This document shows, piece after piece, positions 27,501 to 31,097 of a DNA stretch of 31,097 bases. Below the pieces are notes generated by a model, which was given only the letters and a program-made list of their open reading frames with translations, was not told where the DNA came from and made no database searches. The stretch covers positions 1 to 31,097 of the IMG/VR virus record IMGVR_UViG_3300029318_000059; one strand, 5' to 3'. The position numbers and the translations under genes were made by a program. The stretch comes from a virus. Lineage: Duplodnaviria > Caudoviricetes. Each line of letters opens with the position of its first letter. Position 1 is the stretch's first letter.

Positions 27501-27713
27501 AGATGTTAAGTTTGTATTATCTACAATATCAAATAATTCTTCTACTTTCACATATTGGTCGATATTATTTAAAATATCAACAGGTCCACTTTGAGACTCT
27601 TGAGAAATATAATATTGCTCTAAAAAATCTGTAAGAAGAGGAAAATCTTCTCTAACGTATCTTGGAAGTTGGCTTGCGACAATTTCCTGGAATTTTACTC
27701 TATCTACTGCCAT
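15570..27713 (-). CDS. gp7: Baseplate wedge initiator (gp7-like), giant cyanophage form, 4047 aa
   Basis: Located directly downstream of gp6. N-terminal IVASQLPRYVREDFP...FLEQYY, FYSSKGT..SY.ILFRALYGE and YYQNFSYSLKS...W...VSSLNH.AG...F.D motifs are typical of cyanomyovirus gp7; many HG(L/F).TG and G.GY repeats. Confidence 0.88.
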   Translation of the reverse strand: MAVDRVKFQEIVASQLPRYVREDFPLLTDFLEQYYISQESQSGPVDILNNIDQYVKVEELFDIVDNTNLTSDITLLSSEIPVSSTIGFPDKNGIIQIDDEIVYYSGTTTNSFTGCKRGFSGITTYISTGNPDELTFTQTESKKHSTGSKVNNLNILFLKQFFNKLKKQVTPGFDDRTFYSDLNKKNFVFNADSFYSSKGTDQSYEILFRALYGEDVEIIKPSNLLLTPSNADYRVTQDYVVEKVQGDPLDLKNLTITQKRTGAKGSVTNVQQIPYTDYQYYQVSIDKGIENTSITGSIVGEFKPNPLTKLLENVSVGASIINVDSTIDFPEFGKITIEDEDGQEVSIAYTGKTSNQFFNCEGVVKDLDKTKDVKLDDYSYAYVGINTDTEIQVRFTSTLKDFIQNDKTNYFRPNDTIQIKSLGLEASGKKSNNWFLNIKPKYKVAETRVIDGSAFVYQFKFYTPPFYNEGYQLRYENETKSVSLLGSVIRVISNDTVNVRFSEQIPLDGTFFIENQLLKGNSTKFPYIQKFVANVQNTYAKFNGDVMVASNSIPRYDDVLSNTYNHSVTFTTSLQGTKVLTLPTNPTSLPDHGFYTGDSVYFQSNGNGFEDVPTASYFVKRINESQISFARSKADLFRETYVTFNGSVTNASLTLLEFYNKNIKPQGIYRQILEPINNRADDQLTKAGSIGIWNNGVELLNYKSTNSVYYGDITGFTVTRGGQDYDIINPPIVKISDEVGTGATATANIIGNLVRLDVTDSGLGYYTRPTITIKGGNGFGASAEPRMISIVHENSFNANSSSNLNLTTNEFVFDDDHKFMDGESVIYKTGGTKAITGLTTDSEYYVFVTTHKKLTLHPTSADAIAGINTITFDEYGDGIQYLTASELKSVVSSVVITNPGVGYESKKRTIPTVGVNTVSNRVEIINHGYRDKEIVRYTKDDSLPSVKGLSERKDYYVHRINENEFSLSEAGTGDLESSYYFDRNIIVDFVNAGRGSFNYPPITVDVEGTPASYDKTFVEDFEELFIIESPVEENITTPERVLAWTETEALLESPEGSDSGHTPCFQDMQYMVTISEGTHWLISDYPFIGNIREYKAKLQPVFRGSINSIDNVSGGVGYGASTIIDFNRQPEVTFESGTGARLTPIVNNGKITEVIILSPGSGYNSPPDLIIRSLDDKGDFAILVPIIKDGQIDSVIIQKSGVGYTQGKTSIDVIPAGSGGRVQTNIRSWNVNLFEKNFQNLGDDDTVIVDNISNTSLQFASFYAPRPLRSISNSINGFDDDNIQYGLFDLQLDSGGEETSSGFHSPIIGWAYDGNPIYGPYSFDKIDGSGSIRRMRSGYKLKITSKNRPSYSAFSNGFFVNDYEYVGDGDLDEYNGRFCVTPDYPNGVYAYFCTISDDIESSGPFNNFRLPQFPYVIGNKFKSLPNDFNFKASSNQTEYDIVKNKWLRNTYFYFTNGGNNGYDYIFNSDLIRNSSIDITSTTFGGVDILEIKDPGDDYKVDDKVTFDSSNTDGRGVKWKVSAIKGKEINQVSLATTVFENCEFTGDVAQNKFVGITSTPHGLLTGDIIFIDGLSEFYKGFTGPYSVGITSERWYTSVGIATGTATGIVTFIYLNGIINPRTIEPNDILRIDSEQFKVLNLDKQSGRIRVQRGHNNTLQVVHSAGTIVRDDPRRVRFTTVGINTNKPLIKNKTLYFMPNESVGLGTETTGTATTITFSNPGVGRTQVELKQQQLLYPNHGLSLNDPLKYYAIDGTSLEVWSGVENSPIYNLTETRNLFAAPITKDIIGLATDRVAISTVTGLYVGVDSSKGGLLYFTNSTGLGATHSLVTDLPQVLSGRISQHVVTVSTGETHGLKRGDGVSIDVNSTTTTTLKVEYDDYNRRIVFDKDTIEPTGINTTNNTLIVPENKYRTGEKIIYTSTSPSEGLTASGMYYVYVFDKNTIKLVNEKYQLLDENPEFVNIKSTSTGSISKINPRIEVQENQDIKFDLSDSSLSFVDKGITYSAFKMSIFSDSQKINEFFTSQTGRTFEVTSNGKIGIDASANLTLKVSDNLPRNLYYAFEPDNLNIIPPVKLRIFEDTDVDKNNSIEIVPNKFDGVYTISGVTSDTYEYNIPYNVDTVTSYDSTNTTMKYYTTSSTAEGPIQTVKVVNSGSGYKVLPGFTSVRSVKGSGAILEPRSSTIGSVLKQKINYIGFGFPSDSTLNAVGNLPQVLKVDPLGSFESIGITSAGVNYSQPPELVVLDGLTGKQITDVDLKFNRADDNFLDIIRNTQSLNNVEPQIIPLQNTNGFSISSITYNNTTKIVRLSFTKQFSDAKDWPFKIGEEILVENVAVGFGTTGTGYNSEDYGYKLFKVTGLDSNLGGSGSYVEYDLTDDLAPEERPGNVTTIISGSVTPKTFFPTFNPIIVTKELLSGEKVVNGERTGIVERFDNVSRYLFVSAEDDFPIGSIVESTSSGVKCNVLDTFKFNSTIELGVGATVIDGWQNNSGFLNDNLQVIPNNEYYQNFSYSLKSRVALETWDDTVSSLNHTAGFQKFADLVIDNNAVGIVTTADIEISTVVDLIGEESLYCFPDYDGATERTIDVSDGRIISHEIVFESKKLSDYFESRGNRVLKIDDFSDQFNSDPRDTPYSIVSFFDNKYAWNKFFTLVQDTELNDRKQFGIVTLLQNGSEGYLNQYGTLDTNMPLGSFDYISIGTSQFGLQWYPNLFEFNNYEISYFNFAGLENVTGIGSTSIGSVVSIASSSVAVSAGTATTILQIPTATRSAKLHIQLEDGNDNYFYNELNVLHNGTNVQLLQYGDVDTTEGPSLGFGTYTADISGSDIIIKIHPTVGTAVTANILSIETHGTNTGVDTTGMIVTNLSSYHKSISSSGSPTAVEIASYNDPFAGEYFMVTVHDTTNNEYELFECHVLDANNKNINKYANIDTVSGVGLGTVGMTKTGSAVSLNFTPNANIAVDVRTFGIGLKNYNNITGITSISDLDNNILFSNHGTYTGTKLDTKKAFALNHNGLPIFEKTFLGNDPSVVDLTNNSIKLPDHYFVTGEKIVYSYENSLQESTNAISIPTQSIGGISTDKLPTEVYAVKLSDVSVGLATNAAAALKPNPDTIILSGVGIGTFHKFTSTNQNARALMAIDNMIQAPITEENISTTLDQEVIFDLNFEVTGIGSFKSNDFIKIDDEIMLIQNIGVGKTNNFKVIRAQMGTGIGTHANGSTVQLLGGNYNIVDNTVHFASAPYGGIPIGTDTAGPDNLDWSGITTHSTFQGRTFMRSGVANDDNSTYSSNYTFDNIRKDFNGQTKNFTLLQNGNNITGFATNQAIILNSNILQEPQGAQGTTGDFTLIEHAGVTSITYLGDSVSSEDDPNKSSIPRGGTIISVGSTPGFGFQPLISAGASCFVSSAGTITSVVIGNPGSGYRVGVQTVQVGIITTNIGFSTVVNIGTATVQNGEVVAINTSFFGSNLEENNPPLVVIDAPLPYSSIPLVYADGTTGVGTGAKVDVMVGQGSSIINFEIVSGGFGYKESEELRLSIGGTTGIQTTSSYDPFILTVSDVYRDTFNGFTIGEIDVFDQIDDQFDGFETRFQLKIDNNLFAIETADGSNINIAQCLIITINDILQVPNSSYKFTGGTIIEFTEAPKKGDTAKIMFYKGTPGVDVVFVDILETIKIGDSLQLKNDSSKGQTFGLLQEERIVTGITTLDTVRTFAYDGPGITTNKGLVRPLTWCKQTDDITINGEVVTKDRILYEPSIYPAAYLTQYVGVNTTDAYVDTTRPFFNSTNETSLLDYTDRVTIIDQSPIVGAVATVSVSSAGTVTGFTISNVGSGYSGSPSVSISQPVDIVGGTRATATASVSAGGTITGFTITNAGAGYSAANPPQILVEVPKSRREEVGVDSYFGDQGIIVGVAQSAGALGTLELYIPQDSYMRDPNIVGTAITLSTVQEGDLFVVNLSHFGLSTNTSDGIYRAYKAYDFVTDLTTVGLGTTAIRRVEVQNVGFAVTGSGFERVQSLGEYSWGRIKFKNRSASNALTFTPNGYSGLSTSPLIQRFRPLKFVNYLT

Positions 27714-27723
27714 TTTTTATTAA

Positions 27724-29769
27724 TTAGTAGGATCTGCCGAATGTGTTAGAAGATACTGTTGAAGGTGTTACCGTTGCTGTTGAAGTTGAATCAGCTTCAA
27801 TTTGTTGATCCACATCAACAGCAACAATTGGATTTCCTCTTACCAAACTATTCACACCATAACTTGACGATACAATATAGTTCGTACCAGAGACATCATT
27901 TCCTGAAGAAATATTGTCAGGTATAGCACTCACTGTTGTATTATTTACATCCAATTGTAGATAGAGATCTTGGAGACCAATTACATCATTTGAGAAAGGA
28001 CATGCCGATATTTCTATGATTGGAAAATTTCTATTGACCTGTGTTCCAATCACATTAATTGGGTTTAATCTAATTTCACCTTTTTTATAGTCAATTGTAC
28101 CGACATTTTGTTTTACAACGATCGGTTCGGTTGATGAATTTAATTTGAAAAGGAACAACGAACCTTTTTCTAGATTTCCAGTGGGTTTATCACCAAGATA
28201 CACAACTCCACTAATACCACTCACTGTAAATCCACTTGATTTGATATTATATCCAATTAAATTTCCTTGATAGACTGGTGAATGACCATGATTTTTCAAA
28301 TAAAAACGATTTCCGAAGCAAAGTTCATATTCTGCGAAGGTATTCAGTCTAACTTGCATATCCCTTCGAACATTTATCGAAGTTATATTTGACGTTATCG
28401 ATTCATTACTACCATCAACTATTTTTTGAAATTTTGAGTACTTAAATCTTGCACCGAATTGATTCAATTCCGAAGAATTTGAATATTTTGTGATATTTTG
28501 TGTTACCAAATTCTGAACAAATGATGAAGAAGGTGCTTTATTCGTATCATAATAAGTTTCAACATTAGCTTCGACTAAAAGATACTTAAGATCAACAATT
28601 TCTGGCCTAATTCCTGCAACAGTGAACCTTTTTATACTCTGTTGGATGTTTTGTTTAACACCACTTGTCAAAGTAGTTCCGTTGTATGGTTTAATACTGA
28701 TAAAAACCTTACCAAATTCGGGTGGAGTGAGGTCTTCACCTCCAAAAGCAGATACAGATTCTGCTTCTGGGTAGATTTGAGGGACTAATGCCTCATAATC
28801 TGCTGCTGTTACTGCTCTATTTTGTGATGAATAGATCTTTGGAGCATATTTTTTGATTGATTCAACACTTTCAATCGATTTTCCACCACCAGAAGCAGAA
28901 TTTGTTGATACAAGTGAAACTCCTTGGCTCACACTTGCACCATTATTGTCTACGATATTGCCGATATAAGTGAAATTATTGATATTGTTGGCGGCTGTAC
29001 CGTTGGAAATAATGTATGTTGCCTGAATAAAGTTAGAATTATCAAGTTTGACGCCAAAAATTCCATCTCCGAACAATAATTCATACCTCTCCTGCGAAAT
29101 TTCATGAATAAAGTAAGACCTTGTGGTCTTAGTGACGTTAAAGAGACTGTCAAAAAGTTCAAATTTTCTTGAAACTGTCGAAAGTTCAGTATCTTTAACG
29201 ATCACAGACAAAGTATCAGTGTCAATACCTGAGTTTGGTAGGATAAATTTCTGTTGTGGGTCACTAGTATCGACCGTAAACGTCTGAGTTACGAAAGTTC
29301 CCTCATATACGTCGATTGTAAAACGTGCAAAACCGTCTGATTGTACAGGAACGGTGACATCACTAGGTATTGAAAAGATATAGTTCTTATTCTTATCTGA
29401 TTGTGCTGATCTTGATGTCAATACAGCACCGGCTTTCAGTGTTAAAGCAACAGCAGTGGTTCCAGATGCATCGACAGCAAAAGATACATTTGCCTTTGAA
29501 CTCTTTCTTGACCTCGGTACGTACCCTATATTGCGTGCCAGAGACACCACGTTCTCCCTGAGCGTGGCAGTATCGATGAATACCTCATTAGATACCATAT
29601 TGGCATTATATGAGGTAATATACGTATTGTATGCTAACGTATCGATAATCGTACTTAGATTAGATCCCTCAAAATCGTAATCCGTGAAATTAGAATTCGC
29701 ACGAATATAGTCCTTAATGGACTCCTTGATCTGATCAAAATCTAAGTTGCTAAAATTAACTAGAGGCAT
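27724..29769 (-). CDS. gp6: Baseplate wedge subunit (T4 gp6 homolog), 681 aa
   Basis: LDFDQIKESIKDY....FTDYDFEGSNLS.IID.LAYNTY, F.D.ATLRENVVSLARNIGY.PRS, YELLFGDG.FG and QNRAVTAADY motifs. Confidence 0.96.
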   Translation of the reverse strand: MPLVNFSNLDFDQIKESIKDYIRANSNFTDYDFEGSNLSTIIDTLAYNTYITSYNANMVSNEVFIDTATLRENVVSLARNIGYVPRSRKSSKANVSFAVDASGTTAVALTLKAGAVLTSRSAQSDKNKNYIFSIPSDVTVPVQSDGFARFTIDVYEGTFVTQTFTVDTSDPQQKFILPNSGIDTDTLSVIVKDTELSTVSRKFELFDSLFNVTKTTRSYFIHEISQERYELLFGDGIFGVKLDNSNFIQATYIISNGTAANNINNFTYIGNIVDNNGASVSQGVSLVSTNSASGGGKSIESVESIKKYAPKIYSSQNRAVTAADYEALVPQIYPEAESVSAFGGEDLTPPEFGKVFISIKPYNGTTLTSGVKQNIQQSIKRFTVAGIRPEIVDLKYLLVEANVETYYDTNKAPSSSFVQNLVTQNITKYSNSSELNQFGARFKYSKFQKIVDGSNESITSNITSINVRRDMQVRLNTFAEYELCFGNRFYLKNHGHSPVYQGNLIGYNIKSSGFTVSGISGVVYLGDKPTGNLEKGSLFLFKLNSSTEPIVVKQNVGTIDYKKGEIRLNPINVIGTQVNRNFPIIEISACPFSNDVIGLQDLYLQLDVNNTTVSAIPDNISSGNDVSGTNYIVSSSYGVNSLVRGNPIVAVDVDQQIEADSTSTATVTPSTVSSNTFGRSY

Positions 29770-30171
29770 TTACCTAGTCGGTTGTAATACAAATGATAAT
29801 TGTTGTTGTGGAACTTCGATTCCAACAATATTATATTTGATATAACAATCAAATTCATTATTATCATAATTAGGTGTTACCCTTACCTGTACTAATTCTA
29901 CTCTTGGTTCATAATTTACGATCGTAGATTCAATTTCAGTTTGAATTGAACTAGCAGTAAGAACATCAAGATTTTCAAATAACAGATCTGTGACCCTAGA
30001 ACCAATATTTGGTTCAAATGGTTTTTCACCAGGAATCGTAAAAATGAGATTACGAATTGAACGAGCAATAGCAGTCTCGTTCTTAATCGTGATAAGGTCG
30101 TAATTCATAGGGTTTATCTTGAACGTTGCACTAACGTCCTTAAACCCTTTACTAATCCTTTGGACAGGCAC
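29770..30171 (-). CDS. gp25: Baseplate wedge / sheath initiator (T4 gp25 homolog), 133 aa, GTG start
   Basis: AIARSIRNLIFTIPGEKPFEPNIGS...LLFE and I.NYEPRV gp25/GPW family motifs; its stop abuts the gp6 ATG (TAAATG). Confidence 0.95.
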   Translation of the reverse strand: MPVQRISKGFKDVSATFKINPMNYDLITIKNETAIARSIRNLIFTIPGEKPFEPNIGSRVTDLLFENLDVLTASSIQTEIESTIVNYEPRVELVQVRVTPNYDNNEFDCYIKYNIVGIEVPQQQLSFVLQPTR

Positions 30172-30197
30172 TTAACTATGTTACAACAATCTAGGGT

Positions 30198-30205
30198 TAT
30201 TTATA
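30198..30205 (-). promoter_or_regulatory. Consensus T4 late promoter upstream of gp25
   Basis: Perfect TATAAATA on the minus strand, 26 nt upstream of the gp25 GTG. Confidence 0.85.
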
Positions 30206-30221
30206 GGGGTATCCCGACAAA

Positions 30222-30377
30222 TTACTCAGTCAAAATTTCAGCTTTATCTTCATTTTCCCAGAAGTCTTTCCAGTCCGCTTCAGACGCTTCATAGAAACCA
30301 TCTTGACGGACTTTCTTCTGGTTCTTTGGTGTTTTTTGATCGTGATTGATCTCTCTTAAAAAGTTCTTATCTTCCAT
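30222..30377 (-). CDS. Small hypothetical protein, 51 aa (MEDKNFLREINHDQKTPKNQKKVRQDGFYEASEADWKDFWENEDKAEILTE)
   Basis: ATG at 30377 to TAA at 30222. Fills the gap between the 232-aa ORF and the gp25 promoter on the same strand and has its own AATAAATA motif 13 nt upstream. Not in the ORF track, probably because it is below the length cutoff. Confidence 0.78.
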   Translation of the reverse strand: MEDKNFLREINHDQKTPKNQKKVRQDGFYEASEADWKDFWENEDKAEILTE

Positions 30378-30390
30378 AACTCTTTTTGAT

Positions 30391-30398
30391 TATTTATT
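30391..30398 (-). promoter_or_regulatory. Putative late promoter upstream of the 51-aa ORF
   Basis: AATAAATA overlapping the TAA stop of the 232-aa ORF. Confidence 0.6.
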
Positions 30399-31092
30399 GC
30401 GGATCTGCATATCTTCCCTCTTGTGAATGCCAGGTATCAATGTCTTCACGTTCCTTTGCAGTTTTCCAAAAGTACTCATCTTCACGACCCATACCTAAAC
30501 GTTCGAATCCATTCTCTACTTGATAGTATTGAGTTGAAACCTTAAAGTCAGGCATCTTAGGTTCGACAGGAGTCAGACTATTATCATAGATACGCATTCT
30601 ATTGTTTGGATACAATGCATACTGTCCATTTTCAAGTTCAATTAAATTATGTGATTTGTGTTCTGCAGGATTTTCACTAGTAGCAGAATCAACTACTTCT
30701 GGATCTTGATGATAGTTGTCGATAGTACAGATATAAGTTCCTTTTTGTATACCGTAGTCTCTAGTATACAATTCATAGTCCATACTACCAATGAATTGTT
30801 TAGTCACTGCTACAACCCCATAATCCATACAATTCCAGAATTGGAGGTTAGGTAGGTTCATATCAGGTGAAGGGGTTTCAGGACTGCTTACGAAGGCACT
30901 GATAGGTAATTTGTCATACATTGCAGCATACTCTGGTAAGTATGTCTCAAAATAAAAAGTGCGCCCAGGTATCGACTTACACGACACCCAGACGCCTTTC
31001 ACGAACTCACCATGACCAGATTGATGATCAGTTAGATATTCTTTTCTTACCCATACTTCAACCGAAGGAAGATTACAAATTAATGCAGCCAT
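30394..31092 (-). CDS. Conserved phage hypothetical protein, 232 aa
   Basis: Globular, aromatic-rich sequence (NLP..EVWVRKEYL, LPISAF, LQFWNC, EHKSHNLIELENGQYALYPNNR) resembling an uncharacterised family seen upstream of gp25 in cyanomyoviruses; function unknown. Confidence 0.85.
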   Translation of the reverse strand: MAALICNLPSVEVWVRKEYLTDHQSGHGEFVKGVWVSCKSIPGRTFYFETYLPEYAAMYDKLPISAFVSSPETPSPDMNLPNLQFWNCMDYGVVAVTKQFIGSMDYELYTRDYGIQKGTYICTIDNYHQDPEVVDSATSENPAEHKSHNLIELENGQYALYPNNRMRIYDNSLTPVEPKMPDFKVSTQYYQVENGFERLGMGREDEYFWKTAKEREDIDTWHSQEGRYADPQ

Positions 31093-31097
31093 TATAA

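Noticed and set aside
2671-27713. Inteins, group I introns or programmed frameshifts in the giant ORFs
   Set aside because: Frames are continuous, and no Hint, LAGLIDADG, HNH or GIY-YIG motifs or intein splice junctions were recognised.
27726-27830. Ser/Thr-rich C-terminal tail of gp6
   Set aside because: Low-complexity tails ending in SY are, from recollection, ordinary in cyanophage gp6; not distinctive.
4590-29561. Short alternative-frame minus-strand ORFs (4590-4805, 5322-5510, 13936-14157, 16718-17191, 17975-19153, 23735-23938, 28950-29561)
   Set aside because: Nested out of frame in structural genes and Leu/Ile/Gln-rich, as expected from the host gene's codon bias; no independent support.
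30206-30216. GGGTATCCC inverted repeat after the 51-aa ORF as a terminator
   Set aside because: Stem of only 3 bp and no U-tract; too weak to call.
165-30855. Plus-strand ORFs in the track (e.g. 165-410, 6185-6385, 8990-9289, 16986-17330, 20242-20622, 24184-24462, 30658-30855)
   Set aside because: All are antisense shadows fully or almost fully inside long recognisable genes, with mirror-image composition and no recognisable motifs.
1-31097. tRNA/rRNA genes, auxiliary metabolic genes, host HIP1 (GCGATCGC) sites
   Set aside because: Intergenic gaps are all about 50 nt or less, and none of these was seen by eye; the host genus cannot be assigned from this window.

Overview
AT-rich window from a T4-like cyanomyovirus (Kyanoviridae-type) tail/baseplate/neck module. 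All credible genes are on the minus strand. In transcription order: conserved 232-aa hypothetical, 51-aa ORF missing from the track, gp25, gp6, giant gp7-like wedge protein (4047 aa), 1189-aa fibre protein, gp8, VrlC/DUF4815-like structural protein (2564 aa), 77-aa coiled-coil protein, gp13, gp14, and the first 26 nt of gp15. Six T4-late-type promoter motifs (core TAAATA) lie just upstream of starts. No RNA genes, CRISPR arrays, introns, inteins or mobile elements were seen. The most interesting signals are inside the structural proteins. The fibre joins a gp9/gp10-type baseplate anchor to a C-terminal cupredoxin-like domain with a complete His...Cys-x2-His-x2-Met ligand set, and its shaft is a mosaic of exact 47-bp duplications. 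The VrlC-like protein has a GC-rich, rare-codon Pro/Arg segment resembling proline-rich antimicrobial peptides. gp7 carries a YHYH-like domain, a triple tandem domain and an acidic insertion. Family calls rest on motif recognition and synteny; no database search was run.
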